From Alphaproteobacteria bacterium (lineage in GTDB: Bacteria; Pseudomonadota; Alphaproteobacteria; SP197): a stretch of 64,000 nt of DNA. The notes beneath the pieces are model-generated. The model ran no database searches. It saw only the letters and a program-made list of their open reading frames with translations, and had not been told where the DNA came from. The stretch spans positions 1,696,001 to 1,760,000 of the forward strand of contig OZ219747.1 of the NCBI GenBank assembly GCA_964291265.2, in the 5' to 3' direction. Both the position numbers and the translations under genes were made by a program. Below are positions 19,746 through 31,800 of this stretch, in pieces; the stretch's first letter is position 1; each line of letters opens with the position of its first letter.

Positions 19746-21547
19746 GGATTGCCGAGATCAAAGAAGGCGGCGTCCTGGACACTGACTGTCGGCGCCACGA
19801 GGGCCCGGTCCAGAAAGTCATTGCGTTGCTCGCAGCTTGTTTCGGCTATGAGAAGACAGCCGTGGCATGCGGCTCCCTGCAGCATGCGCCCTTCGAGAGG
19901 GGAGTCGGGGCGATGTTCAGCACACACTGGATCATTCGAGCACAGACGACCCTTCTCGAGTGCGGCGTGAACATGCGTCTCAAGGCGTCGTCCTGCTTCG
20001 ACCAGACCACCGAGCGTGCCTTCGGCATCCGACGAGCCTGTATAGATCAGGATGCCGTATCCATTTTCGCCGGCATAGACACGTTCACGCAAGGAACTCG
20101 CGGGGTACCCGCAATCGAGGGCGATGGACGTCAACAGCATGTGGGAAAGCGAATGCAGCATCACATAGGCAAAACCGGGAAAGTCCTCGACAGAACGGTG
20201 ATGTTCTCTGGCCCATGCCCTCCACCCACTTTCAATCTCCTGACCTCGCTTCTGGACACCGGGTAGCGCCAGCCATTTCTCGATAGCGGCCTGACGAAAG
20301 GAGATGAAAACACCTTCACCGCGATTTTCGATGGCAGGGAGCCACTCGATTGTCTCTGCCAGCGCCGCTCTTGCCACACCGATGTCGAGTTCACCGTCCT
20401 TGTCCGGGTTGACGGCCTCGAAGCGTGTGAACCCGATCAGAGCCACGACCTCTCGCAGTCGGTGAACCAGGACGAGCTTGTCAATATCTGCGAGGGTTGG
20501 GATACCGCCCGGGTCCCAGTCTCCTCGAGGGAGCGTCTCGGCGTGGAACGTGTAACGCGGATCGTCGTGTCCAATGGTTAGGGACCCGTTGTTCAGCACG
20601 TCGAACTCGGCGGCCTTGACCGGAATGTCGTCTTCATCGCCACTGCGAAGCTGACGCCGGTACTCGGCGATCACGACATCATCATCGATGTTGGCGAACG
20701 CCGCATCGAGATCCGGTGATCCGCGGAAGTTGGCAAGCATGTTGACGTCGTCAAGCGTCTTCAGGCGATCAAGGTAAGGGGACACCATCGAGGCGAGGCC
20801 AACATCGTGTTCGGGAAGTGAGATGACACGCATCGTCTGTGGGAAGTAGGCGTTGCTCGCCGTGCGTACCAGGAGGCGATAGGGTTCACCGCAGGCTTCC
20901 CTGGCATACTGACCAATCCATGGTCTCTTGCCTTCGCAGGGGCCGAGAGACTCGGTGCCCGGCATGGAGGCTTCATAGAGAGAGCGCTCTTTGCCACATT
21001 CACAGACGGCGAACGCATCTCCGATATCGGCTCCGGTTCCGCGTTCTTCAAGCCACATGGGCCGTGCGCACGCCTTCCCACCAGGATGGACAAACCGCCG
21101 CCAGTCCAGATCGTCGATATGGCCCTTGCGGCATCCACAGACGAACCGCACCGGAACAACCGGCCTGCGCTTGCCCTTCTCGTTGCGGTATTGTCCCCCC
21201 TCCAGATCGTTCCACCGCACCAGCCGGCGCCGGCGCCACTGCGGATTGGTTGTCGAGGTCACGACGTCTTTCACGATGAACCATGTCGGAAAGATGCGGG
21301 CGCCTACAGGGCTCTTCTTGTCCTGTACGCCATCTTCATGGCGCGGAGGTGACTGGAGGACCAGCGCTGGCACGTTCAACAGGCGCTTCAGTTTGGCAAC
21401 GAGGCGAGGTTCGTCGATTTTTTCCCGTCTGAGCGCGGACCACTGTTCGAGGCTGGATACGACCACCGAACACTGTGGCAGATCGATCATGGCCCCTGGA
21501 CCATAGGTTGTGACGAGCTGGCTTTGGCGAAGGATGTTGTCGGTCAT
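19742..21547 (-). CDS. drmB: DISARM DUF1998 protein DrmB
   Basis: RQSQLVTTYGPGAMIDL, HSLSH, CSNDPVC, GAACHGCLLIAETSCE. Confidence 0.92.
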   Translation of the reverse strand: MTDNILRQSQLVTTYGPGAMIDLPQCSVVVSSLEQWSALRREKIDEPRLVAKLKRLLNVPALVLQSPPRHEDGVQDKKSPVGARIFPTWFIVKDVVTSTTNPQWRRRRLVRWNDLEGGQYRNEKGKRRPVVPVRFVCGCRKGHIDDLDWRRFVHPGGKACARPMWLEERGTGADIGDAFAVCECGKERSLYEASMPGTESLGPCEGKRPWIGQYAREACGEPYRLLVRTASNAYFPQTMRVISLPEHDVGLASMVSPYLDRLKTLDDVNMLANFRGSPDLDAAFANIDDDVVIAEYRRQLRSGDEDDIPVKAAEFDVLNNGSLTIGHDDPRYTFHAETLPRGDWDPGGIPTLADIDKLVLVHRLREVVALIGFTRFEAVNPDKDGELDIGVARAALAETIEWLPAIENRGEGVFISFRQAAIEKWLALPGVQKRGQEIESGWRAWAREHHRSVEDFPGFAYVMLHSLSHMLLTSIALDCGYPASSLRERVYAGENGYGILIYTGSSDAEGTLGGLVEAGRRLETHVHAALEKGRLCSNDPVCAEHRPDSPLEGRMLQGAACHGCLLIAETSCEQRNDFLDRALVAPTVSVQDAAFFDLGNP

Positions 21548-21552
21548 GATGT

Positions 21553-24500
21553 CTACTTGATGTCTTTGCCGTCCGGTGACTTGACCCCGAGAAGCACTCC
21601 TGGCTCCACGTCGCGCAGGGAGCGTGGTGAACGGAACCGGAAACGGTCTTCGCTGATCACGCCGCGGTCGGGATCGATCATCTCACGCAAGAGGCGTGTC
21701 GCATCTCCCTTGCCGCGTTCCGCTGTGTAGTGCAGGGACACACCGCCCTGTTGAACCGTGTCGGCAAGCTTCGCCCAATCGTCGAACAGGCTCTGCACAC
21801 GATCCCGGACGTGCGGACCGAAGTCACCTGGAAGGCCATCGGCATGAACCCTGGCGCGTTCGCCCACTGCGTCGGCCAGGGCGGTGGTTTCCGTCGCATA
21901 CCGCTCGACCAATCCCGCGTCTCTATTCGAGTTCAGGCCTGGAATGCCAAGTCGTGCCAGGGCAACCGCGACTGCGGGCAGGCCTCTGTCCATGGCCCTG
22001 GGCGAAAAGGGCGTGACACTGGTTGCCTCAACACTGCGGTAGAAGCTCTCGTGCCAGGCAGAAAAATGCTCGTAATGCGATCTGTCGCGGGGCTTGTGCA
22101 CATTCAGCAAGGTGATCACCAGTCCCGGACTATCTGCATCACGCCCAACCCGGCTTGTCGCCTGGATGTACTCGGCCGTCGTCTTCGGTTGGCCCGAGAC
22201 AAGCATCAGTCCAAGACGCGTGATGTCGAGACCAACCGAGATCATGTTGGTGGCGAGGGCCACATCGACCCGCTCATTGTTGCTGAAGTCCAGGGCCAGG
22301 CGCCTCTTGGCATCCGCGACTTCGCTGGTCGTCACCCGCGATGTCAACTCGACGGGTTCCAGGGCAGCTGTGCGGTTGGCAAAGAGTCCGGGTGTTTCAT
22401 CAGGACGCATGCGGAGTTTGCCATAGGTCCGCAGTCGGGAATTGATCTCATCCTCGACAATGCGCCGCGCACTGCCGAGTTCCCTGAGGGCGTTGAAGTA
22501 GGCCACGACCGTCATGTAGGGATCGGCCGGGTTGGCGTTACCGCTGGTCGATGCCGCATCCCATGCGGCCTGGGCTGCCGCCATGACCGTGATGGCGCAT
22601 CGCAGGAAGATCACCTTGGATCCCCGTCCTGGAGCGGCGATGCCAAGATAGAGCCGCGGGTTGATCTCCTCGCGGGATGCCTGTTTCGCGAAGAAGGAAT
22701 CCCTGCGGTCAAGGCCCGGCGCCGGGAAGACCGATACCGTGGAACGACCGAAGAGTGCGCGGATCTGTTTTTCGGCGAGGCGCACCGTGGCCGTGGAGGC
22801 GATGATCTTCGGGCGCACGACCTTGTCACCGATCCGACGCTGGCAGAGATGATCGATCGCTGTTTCGTAGAGACCCGCCATGGTGCCGAGGGGTCCCGAA
22901 ATCAGGTGAAGTTCATCCTGGATGATGAGATCGGGCGGGTGAGGATTGTCGGCATCACCGCCACGGAAGAAGCGTGCCGTCTCGCCGGTCCACGGCATGG
23001 CGGCAAACTTGTCGGCCGTAGCGATCATGAACGCCGGCAGGCGTGCATAGATCGGTTCGTCGACGGCGACAATGGGAAGAGGTCGTTTGCTCGAGAAATC
23101 GCACTGCCTGCTGGCACAATAGACATGAAGATCAGTCGGCCGATTGGTGTCGGGATGGAGGCGGAAGGAATTCTTGCCGAATCTGGTGGCGCACCAGGGA
23201 CACTGTTCAAGGGGCAGCGGTGGTTCGCCTGACGTGTCGTTCCCATAGCGCAGTGCCCTCGATCTCGCCGTCTTGTTGGACGGATCACCCTTTTTGCCCA
23301 TGTAGTTGGGGGTGGCCGCGCGGCCCACCCAGAGCGCGATCTCGAAGGGCCAGGAACCAAGACGCCCGGGGTTGCCCTTCCTTTCCAGTTCAAGGGCACA
23401 GATGAGTGCTGCGGCACGGCCAAGCTGATCGAGAGTCAGCAGGCGAAGCGTGTAGCGCATGAGAACCGACAGCCCGCGATGCACAGGGTCCGGGTCCCGC
23501 AGTCTGCGCAGGACAAGGGTGAAGGCGGCGAGGCCAAGATAGGCTTCGGTCTTGCCGCCGCCTGTGGGGAAGAAGAGAAGGTCGACGAACTCCCTTTCGG
23601 GGTGTGTGGGTTCAGCGATCCCTCGAAGGTTCATCAGGATGTAGGCGAGCTGGAAAGGGCGCCACCGCGGTGGGGGCGCTGCCGACGGCGAGGAAATATC
23701 GGGCTTCTGGGCTTCCCGTCTGCGTGCCGCTCGGGCCATGGCCCTGTTGGCCATGCGGAATGCCTCCAGCACGTCCGGATCATTCAGAGAGTCAACGCCG
23801 CCTTCCAATCGGTGCGCTACTAATTTCGCGCGATTGACCAGCTCATTGGCGACCTCGCGCCGTCGCCCGGTGAAGGCCTGGGCAGCCTGGTTCTGCTCAT
23901 CGATCCAGTCCCGATAGGCCGTGATCAGGGGCATGAGCGACTTCCTTGCGGACTTCACATCCTGCAGGGAGCCGAGCGCTTCCATGGAGAGTTCGACATC
24001 GGTGATGTCGCGGGGTTCGACCCGCTCCACGGCAGCACGGGGCATCCATTCGCTGTGGACTTCACGGCACACATCGCCCGTCACCTCGGCCCGGACGGAG
24101 ACGTTGTGACCGACAGCAAACTCAGCCGTGTCGCGGAAGTGCAGATCGGCGAGGCGTTCATCCCAGTCCCGGCTCTCCAGGTCACGCGGGTCGAAGCGCG
24201 AGATGAAGGATTGGTCAGCTTCGACACACAGTGCGACCTGGAAGGCGTAAGCCGTGTCCTGAAGATCATCATCGCTCGCCGGAGGTCGGCGGTTGACGAC
24301 GAAAACCGACAGCGCACGAGCAGCCCGTGGACCACTGGCGTCTCGAACCTGAGTGGTCCGCGCCAAGCAGACCACCTGGAGGCCGTCGCTCCCTGGAATG
24401 GCATGGGAGGCCTGCTCACCGTTCCGAAGGGAAACGAGATCGACACGAACGCTTTCCCCGCGCGGTACACGCGTCCACTCGGCGTAGCGAAGGCGCCGCC

Positions 24501-24930
24501 CTGCCGCGTCATCGCCTTCACCCTCGGCGCCGAGCGCCTCGGTCCTGTCTGGATGATAGTCGCCCCAGGACACCGTCACGTCGAGGCTCTGACACTCTTC
24601 CTCGACCAGGACGCTCAGGCCCATTGACGAGGGAAAATGGACCCGCTTGGTCGTGCCACGTTCCGGCGTGGTCGCATCATCGCTTCCCTCCACCGGATCG
24701 GTTGGCTCGTCGAGCTCCTCTTCTGCGTCCTGGGCGCGCTGGGACTCCGGTGCGTTGGTCGGCACAAGAAACCCTGTCAGGTACCACAATGATGGCGCAC
24801 GGGAGAGACGTTCCTGGTGATACCGGGCATCGTCCGGTCCGGGACCGACAAGATCGAGGCGCAGGGCATCGATGATGTAATCGCGGACCGCTGCGCTGTC
24901 GGTCACGGAAGGCGTAGGAGACTGGATCAC
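21553..24930 (-). CDS. drmA: DISARM SF2 helicase DrmA
   Basis: FPTGGGKTEAY, IIQDELHLI, ATNMISVGLD, EYIQATSRVGR. Confidence 0.92.
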   Translation of the reverse strand: MIQSPTPSVTDSAAVRDYIIDALRLDLVGPGPDDARYHQERLSRAPSLWYLTGFLVPTNAPESQRAQDAEEELDEPTDPVEGSDDATTPERGTTKRVHFPSSMGLSVLVEEECQSLDVTVSWGDYHPDRTEALGAEGEGDDAAGRRLRYAEWTRVPRGESVRVDLVSLRNGEQASHAIPGSDGLQVVCLARTTQVRDASGPRAARALSVFVVNRRPPASDDDLQDTAYAFQVALCVEADQSFISRFDPRDLESRDWDERLADLHFRDTAEFAVGHNVSVRAEVTGDVCREVHSEWMPRAAVERVEPRDITDVELSMEALGSLQDVKSARKSLMPLITAYRDWIDEQNQAAQAFTGRRREVANELVNRAKLVAHRLEGGVDSLNDPDVLEAFRMANRAMARAARRREAQKPDISSPSAAPPPRWRPFQLAYILMNLRGIAEPTHPEREFVDLLFFPTGGGKTEAYLGLAAFTLVLRRLRDPDPVHRGLSVLMRYTLRLLTLDQLGRAAALICALELERKGNPGRLGSWPFEIALWVGRAATPNYMGKKGDPSNKTARSRALRYGNDTSGEPPLPLEQCPWCATRFGKNSFRLHPDTNRPTDLHVYCASRQCDFSSKRPLPIVAVDEPIYARLPAFMIATADKFAAMPWTGETARFFRGGDADNPHPPDLIIQDELHLISGPLGTMAGLYETAIDHLCQRRIGDKVVRPKIIASTATVRLAEKQIRALFGRSTVSVFPAPGLDRRDSFFAKQASREEINPRLYLGIAAPGRGSKVIFLRCAITVMAAAQAAWDAASTSGNANPADPYMTVVAYFNALRELGSARRIVEDEINSRLRTYGKLRMRPDETPGLFANRTAALEPVELTSRVTTSEVADAKRRLALDFSNNERVDVALATNMISVGLDITRLGLMLVSGQPKTTAEYIQATSRVGRDADSPGLVITLLNVHKPRDRSHYEHFSAWHESFYRSVEATSVTPFSPRAMDRGLPAVAVALARLGIPGLNSNRDAGLVERYATETTALADAVGERARVHADGLPGDFGPHVRDRVQSLFDDWAKLADTVQQGGVSLHYTAERGKGDATRLLREMIDPDRGVISEDRFRFRSPRSLRDVEPGVLLGVKSPDGKDIK

Positions 24931-27900
24931 GATTTCCTCCGGGGGTCGGTTGCTGATTCCGAATCCGCCTGTTCTTCGTCTGCGCGCTCGGCGTTGAGCG
25001 CCAGCAGCTGACCCAGGACCTCGTCCCGGACCTCGTCGGGCCAGCGATACCGCCAGGGCTTCTTCTTCCTGCCCCAGGTCTCTTCGTCAATATCGTAGTC
25101 CAGCAGAAACTCGCACCTCGTCGGGATGTTGCGCCAACCGTAGGCGTCCAGCACGGCACGGTCCATCACTGCATGAAGCCGACGCAGTTCTTCGATGCGA
25201 GGGTCGCGTTCGTCCGGGTCGTGGAAACGGTTGTAGGTCCTGGTGAGACCTTCGTTGTTCTCGACCATCAGCGCGGCGCGAAATTCGTAATAGGCTTCTC
25301 CTGCCTCCTCAAGGGCGGGGTGGGTTTCCCAGTCTTCGGGGAAGGGAAAGGTCTCGAAGCAGTCGGAGGGGGTGTAGCGAAGTCGGTCCTCCATGGACGA
25401 ACCGAAGAAGCGGGCCCAGCTCTCGTGGAGCCGGGATTGCAGGGCGCAGAAGGCGGCGACGGTGCCGAAGGGAAAGACGATCATGGACTCGGCGTAGACC
25501 AACCTTCCCGGCAGGAAGGTGAAGGCCGCTTGCTGTCCTACTCTGGAAATCACCAGGACACGGTTCATGCCGTTGATGGCGGCGTACAGTTCGCCAGCAG
25601 AAGAACCGTACCGCCACCAGAAGTCGGCTCGTTTTCGCCCGATGGCGTTCGTCGTGAGATGTGCGCGGGCCGGCTTCACCCTCGCTTCGACAATCGCCAG
25701 CAACTCGGGCCAGTCCGCTGCCACTGGATCTGGATAGTCCAGCGGCACGGTTCCCGAGCGCAGCCAATCCCGCTTGGCATCCCCGTCCGCCCACCGCCAC
25801 GTTCTTCCGAGATTCATGCGCCGCAGCGGCCAGTTGCGGAAGTTGATGACATGGCGATGGTGAGCGTGGGTCGGGCTGGTATTGACCTCCTCGCCGCCGA
25901 TATAGGGGAAGATGACATCGGCGTTGCTCGGATCGTCCTCGATCAACCGCTCCATGTCCGACAGTGATGACGCTGCACCCTTCGTGTCCGTGTCGTCAAA
26001 CGTGAAGCCCATGCCAAGCACGATGCTGCCCTGGAAGCTCTTGCGGGCATTGGCTTCCAGCCGTTCCGGATCGTCATGCCAACTCCCCGGTGCCAGGAAC
26101 GCCGAAATGGACTCGACCTCCTTTTCGTCGATGGATCGGGAACTCACATCCCCTTCCTTGATGATGTGGACCACGCTGACCACGACGGCGGCCTCGCCCG
26201 GCCACTTGAGTCGTTTTTGGACGCGGTAGATCTCCCCGCCGTTCTTGCAGATCCAGCGCAGACCTGTTGAACGCGTGTCGCCCTGACCGATGGTATTGGT
26301 GGCGATGAGACCGAGGGTACCGCCCTGGCGCAGAAGACCGAAGGCGTGGCGGAAGAAATGGGCGGCGAGATCCGCGTTACCGTGGCTTCCTCGGTGCTTG
26401 TGCTTGAGCCAGTCGAGGTAGGCATCGGGATTGCCGGCGATCAGCGTGTTCTTGCCGGCAAAGGGTGGATTGCCGACGATAACGTCGAATCCCGGATTGT
26501 CGCGGTCGAAGACTTCGGGGAATTCGAGCTCCCAGTGAAACGGCGTCAGTGCCAGGCGCTCACTGACCACTTGCGATATCTGCTCGCGCCAGTGGTCGGC
26601 GAAACGCATGTCGCCGAGCGCCAGGCGGAGTTCCTCGCGTTCTCTCGGCTTGTGTGCTGCGAAGAAGGCCGCCAGGACCAGGGCTGCCGTCAGGTTGATG
26701 TCCGAGAGTTCCTCTTCGACCTCGTCGAGAAGTTCCCGCAATTCCTCTTCACCCGCCTGATCTCCGATGTCGCGGATGAGATTGCGTATCTCCGCGACCC
26801 GCTCCAGACGCTTGTTGATCTGCAACGGATCCGTCCCGAGCTGGAAATGCTTCGCATCGGCGTCCCAGCTGAATCCTTCGATCTGTTGCCGACTGAGGCC
26901 GACCAGCGAGTCGCCGTGACGCAGTGCGTGGTCGACAAAGATGAACTCGTGGTCTCTTGACAACGTGACGAGCCACAGGGCGAGTCGACCCAGATCGATG
27001 GCCATGGCGTTGCGGTCAACACCATAGAGGCAGCGTTGAGCGACGAGACGCCTCGCGTGCAGCAGCTGATCCTCATCCGCGCCGAGATCCTGCGGAGCGC
27101 CATGACGGCCCCAGGCTTCGACCAGGCGCACCGACAACTGGCGGCAGGTCTCGACAAGAAAGGCCGCGGACCCCGTTGCGGGATCGAGGACCTTGAGGTC
27201 GAGGATCTCCTCTGGCCGCGCCTCAGGACCCAGGCGGGCGAGAACCGGACGCAGGGCCTCCCTCACGATCGGTTCGGTGAGGGAACGGGGCGTGTAGTGG
27301 CTCCCCGAACGCCGGCGCTCATCGGAGGGCTGCAACACGGGAGTGCCGATGGGCGTGACATCGGGGGTCGCGTCCCGATCGATGACGCGATCAAGGGCTG
27401 CGACCAGGTCAGGAATCGTCGATGCCTGACGCAGGACCCTTGCCGCCTTGTCCGGAAGTTTTCGGGCCGTTGCGTCCTGAAGGGCCTTCGCTCGCCTTGC
27501 TCCATCGAGGCCGATCAGATGATCGAGGTCGACGACGACGGCGGCGCCCGTCCGCTTCGGCGAGGCGACGGCGATCGAGCGACCCGTGGTGGTCTCGACA
27601 CGGAAACCCATGATCGCCTCGTAGACCGAACCGATCTGCTCGACATCAAGAGTGCGATAGGAGAGGCGCTCCCCGTCCAGCATCATCAGCGATCGAAGGA
27701 CCTTCCAGACACATCCGTCCGGCACCAACGGAATCGAGGGTTCATCGTCTCCATGGCGTCCCTCGAGAAACCCGAAGCGGTGGGGGTCGAAGAGGGCGCC
27801 GCGGCGCGCGACGAAGGAAAGATCGCCGTGTCCGCCGCCGCCGTGGATCAGCCGGAAGAGGGACAGCAGCTGCGCCCAGGCGCCGAACCGCTGATCCATC

Positions 27901-28883
27901 GTATCGGGCCAGGCCGCGGCATCGGCGCGCAACCGGGAGAAGAGGCCGCTCAGGGAATAGTGCTGCTGGTAGACACGATGATCGGGCATGAGCCCGCGGT
28001 CTTCGGCATAGAGAATGAAGACCAGACGCATGAGCGTTGTGACAAGACCACCGTAGAGTTCGTCGGGGGAGGGCCGGCTTGACGAGTCGCGGCGCGCGTC
28101 CGCCGCAACAAACCCGCGAAGCAATTCGTAGAGCGCCGCCAGCACCTGGCGGGCGAGCTTGGTGGAAACTCCGGCCTGAGCATCCCGGCTTGCTGCAAGA
28201 AGTGCCGGCAACCGTGATGTCTCGGGACCACTGAAGAGAGAGTCGGCACACAGCAGCATGTCGAAGGCCGCAAGGATCGGCCGTCCCGCCGGTTGCGCCA
28301 TGGCTGACAAGTCGAAGTCGAGATGTCCCGACGTTTCACCCTTCGGAGCGTAGACGAGACGGACCCGTTCATCCGTCGCGAGCAGCCCGATCGGAATCCC
28401 TGTCTCTCGCAGCAGGCGCTCGAACCGGGCGTGTCGAGATGCGTTCCATCCTTCGCTGTCGTCCGCAGGCCTGTCGAGATCCGCGCCGGCGTCCTCGATG
28501 CCGATCAGCATGATCCAGTTGGCATCGTCGGCCGCACCCCCGGGAACGGCCCATGTCGGGGAGAGCACGGCCTGCAGCTCCGGCAAGGCAATCTCGAGGG
28601 TGTCGCGGTGCTGGGTTGCGTCAATGAGATCGCTCTCTTCCCACCGGAGATACTCCAGGAAGAGCCGACGCAGATCGGGAGCCCGAAATCCGGTCGAGGC
28701 GCCTTCTCCGGTCTCTTCAAGAAGGTCGCGAAACTCCCTTTGGCGCCCCATCATGTTCCGATCGGGAACCACCTGGGCGTCCACCATCACGAACGGAGCG
28801 ACGACGAGGCCCGTGGGCTGAACGAACCCGAGCCACTCCTGGTGGGCGAAGACAAGGGCCCGATGCTGTCGGTCCATGCTCAT
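24927..28883 (-). CDS. drmMI: DISARM class I N6-adenine DNA methyltransferase DrmMI
   Basis: GSHYTP, LDPATGSAAFL (motif I), VGNPPF (motif IV); ATGA coupling to drmD. Confidence 0.88.
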   Translation of the reverse strand: MSMDRQHRALVFAHQEWLGFVQPTGLVVAPFVMVDAQVVPDRNMMGRQREFRDLLEETGEGASTGFRAPDLRRLFLEYLRWEESDLIDATQHRDTLEIALPELQAVLSPTWAVPGGAADDANWIMLIGIEDAGADLDRPADDSEGWNASRHARFERLLRETGIPIGLLATDERVRLVYAPKGETSGHLDFDLSAMAQPAGRPILAAFDMLLCADSLFSGPETSRLPALLAASRDAQAGVSTKLARQVLAALYELLRGFVAADARRDSSSRPSPDELYGGLVTTLMRLVFILYAEDRGLMPDHRVYQQHYSLSGLFSRLRADAAAWPDTMDQRFGAWAQLLSLFRLIHGGGGHGDLSFVARRGALFDPHRFGFLEGRHGDDEPSIPLVPDGCVWKVLRSLMMLDGERLSYRTLDVEQIGSVYEAIMGFRVETTTGRSIAVASPKRTGAAVVVDLDHLIGLDGARRAKALQDATARKLPDKAARVLRQASTIPDLVAALDRVIDRDATPDVTPIGTPVLQPSDERRRSGSHYTPRSLTEPIVREALRPVLARLGPEARPEEILDLKVLDPATGSAAFLVETCRQLSVRLVEAWGRHGAPQDLGADEDQLLHARRLVAQRCLYGVDRNAMAIDLGRLALWLVTLSRDHEFIFVDHALRHGDSLVGLSRQQIEGFSWDADAKHFQLGTDPLQINKRLERVAEIRNLIRDIGDQAGEEELRELLDEVEEELSDINLTAALVLAAFFAAHKPREREELRLALGDMRFADHWREQISQVVSERLALTPFHWELEFPEVFDRDNPGFDVIVGNPPFAGKNTLIAGNPDAYLDWLKHKHRGSHGNADLAAHFFRHAFGLLRQGGTLGLIATNTIGQGDTRSTGLRWICKNGGEIYRVQKRLKWPGEAAVVVSVVHIIKEGDVSSRSIDEKEVESISAFLAPGSWHDDPERLEANARKSFQGSIVLGMGFTFDDTDTKGAASSLSDMERLIEDDPSNADVIFPYIGGEEVNTSPTHAHHRHVINFRNWPLRRMNLGRTWRWADGDAKRDWLRSGTVPLDYPDPVAADWPELLAIVEARVKPARAHLTTNAIGRKRADFWWRYGSSAGELYAAINGMNRVLVISRVGQQAAFTFLPGRLVYAESMIVFPFGTVAAFCALQSRLHESWARFFGSSMEDRLRYTPSDCFETFPFPEDWETHPALEEAGEAYYEFRAALMVENNEGLTRTYNRFHDPDERDPRIEELRRLHAVMDRAVLDAYGWRNIPTRCEFLLDYDIDEETWGRKKKPWRYRWPDEVRDEVLGQLLALNAERADEEQADSESATDPRRKS

Positions 28884-31800
28884 CCCGACCTGGGCCACAG
28901 GTAGACGAGGCCGATCGGGTCCAATCTGGATGCCTGGACCCTGAATGACTCTGCAATCCGTCCCGGCTCCGACACACGTTCCCTTTCGATCTCCTCGAGA
29001 CGCCGCTGCCAGGCTCGCAGATCCGCCTGACGTTGGCGTTGCTCGGCGTCATCGAAATCGAACTGGGGCTCATCCTCGTGTGCAGCCTTGGCAGCCCTGG
29101 CAATCCGTTCACGTTGACGCTCGAGCAACTCGACCATGGCCTTCTGCTCGACCTCGGAACGCTTGCCAAGGCGTTCCCGGGCCGTGTCCTCGTGTTCACG
29201 TGCCCGGCGTTCAAGGTGCGGCAGAAGGTCCTTGATGTCGCGGGCCGCCGCTTCCTTCAAGCGTTCGCTCACCTTCTCCGGTACCCGCGATCGTCCGACC
29301 TCATCGAGCGCCGATTGCAAGGAGGCAAGTGTTGTCCGTTCGCCTGTCCGGCCATAGACCTCGAGAGCGCCGCGACGCCGATCGGGCTCGATCCAGCGTG
29401 CCGCGACCGCGATGATCTCTTCATGCAGACGCGCGGCCCTTGGCCCGTAGACAGCGAGGCGGCCAAGCAACAGCACGCGCGGGATCGAATCGGAGGTCGA
29501 GGTGAGACACGCCTTGGAGAGATCATGATGGATCAGGCCCTGCGACGTGAAGCGCCCGAGCAGGCGCTTCGCCACACGGTGCTCGAGGTGCAGGTGAACG
29601 GCATTGTCACCCAGGCGACCGGCGTCCTCGAAGACGACGGGCCTGATGGCGGCACGGCGGCGCCATTCGCCCAGGGTCTCTCCTTTCTGTCTTCGCGCCC
29701 GCAGGGAATCAAGGGCCGCAGCCCACCCCGCATCCCTGACAAGGGCATCGTCTTCGGCGGGAAACGTGAAGCGCTGCGGCGCATCCTCCGACGTTTCTGC
29801 GTCCAGTTCCCTGATACCAGGCGCACGTGCGAGCTGCAGGCCCATGGAAAGGGTGTCGCGGAACTGCTCTGCGGCGATGCCGATGTGCCTGCGTGATCGA
29901 TCCAGACCGTTTCGCAGTCTGTCGATCTCCTCGCGCAAGACATCCTGACGTCGACGGGACGATTCGAGTTCTTCTTCAACTGTCCTGCGGTGCTTGTCGG
30001 CTCTGGCCGATCTGATGGAGATGGTGAGGGCATCGAGGGCGTCACGCCGCATGCCCTCTCGACCAAGCGAGCTAGCGATGCGATTCTCCACCACCCTTGC
30101 GACACTCCCGAGTTCCTCGCGAATGCGCTCGACCTTCTCGACCAGGACCTGAAGCACCCGGTCCTCCGGGCGCTGGCGGAAGACAAAGTAGCGGCAGATC
30201 ACCTCGACTGCGGGCTGGAGCTTGCGATCGATGCGGCCGTTGCGCTGATCCAGACGGCTGGGATTCCAGGGGAGGTCGAAATGGAAGAGGTCGTGACAGT
30301 GACGCTGCAGGTTGAGTCCCTCCCGTGCCGCATCGGTGGCGATCAGGATTCGAAGCGGATCACTGTCGGGTTCGGTGTTGAAGGCATGCTTGATGTCTTC
30401 GCGTCTCTGGCGGGACGTTCTTCCGGTGAAGGCCGCGATCCGCTCGGAAGCCTGATCGGAATGCTCGATCGCTTCTTCCAGGCAGCCTTGCAGCCAGCGC
30501 CTCGTATCTTCGTACTCCGTGAAGACAAGCAGGCGTCGGTCGTTCCACTGAGGGGGTGTCGAGCGCTCGGACGACAGGATCGAACACATGTTCTCGTCGA
30601 TCCACCTGATGATGGCTTCGGCGCGTGGATCGGGATCGTAGCGGGCCGTCTCGGCAATGCTTGCCATCGCGTCGACACTCCGGAGTTCCGCCGTCAGGGC
30701 CACTCTCGTGTTCTCGCATCGGCCATCGCTCGTCGCCGCGGTGGCGGTCTCCATCAATTCGGCAAGGTCGCGTTCCGACTGGTCCGCTTCCCGTGCATCG
30801 CCAGGATCGTCTCCGTCCTCCTCTTCGGGGACCGTATCGGCAAGGTCTTCGTCGCCATCAACACCCACAGTCAGGCGTTCGAGTTCGGCATGGGTTCCGT
30901 CCGAGAGGGTCGACGCGGGTTCCTCCTTCTCGAGGGCCCGCACCACACTTCTGCGGTGCACCGCGAGCGTGCGCGCGAAGGCGTCGATGGATGAGAGAAG
31001 GCGCTTCTGCAGTCCGCCGATGACAAGAGCGCCGGCGGCCTGGCGGGACCGGGACTCCTGCGAAAGTCTCTTCTCTCGCAAGGACCGATACTCCTCGAGC
31101 ATCTCCGCCAGCCGCAGTTCGGGTGCATCGTCGGGCAGGTGATCGATGGTGACGGGTCGGACCGTGCGCTTCGGAAATCCGCCCTGAAGTTCGCGGATGT
31201 CCGACTTGAGGCGCCTGATCAACACGTCATCCAGATGGCTCTTGAGGACGGGAACACCGCGACAGAACCTCTGGGGATCGAGAATCTCCAGCAGGGCGGA
31301 GAAGCTGTTCGAGTGCCCGTTGTGAGGTGTTGCCGAGAGAAACAGTCGGTGCTCGAACCGCGGCGCGATATCCCGGATGGCTCGTGTGATCTGGGAGTCG
31401 ATGGCGTAGCGCGCACCGCTCGACGGGGCAACGTTGTGAGCTTCATCGAGGATGAGCAGGGACTGCGGTGCGAGTTCGCCGAGCCAGTCCTGCAATCCCG
31501 AGGCGTAGGTTGGGTCAACCAGGAGGCGGTGGGAAATCAGGAACCGCGAATGGGTGGTCCAGGGATTGACCGAGAAACCCCGTTCCCGGCGCATGCGTGT
31601 AACGTAGAGGCGGTCGAGAATGACAAAGGAGAGGCCGAACCGGGCTTCCATCTCGTCATGCCATTGATCGAGCATCGATGGAGGGCAGCACACCACGATC
31701 CGGTCAATCCGGCGCCGCAGCAGCAACTCACGGGCGATCAGCCCGGCCTCGATGGTCTTGCCGAGTCCGACATCGTCCGCGATGAAGAGGTTCACCCGTG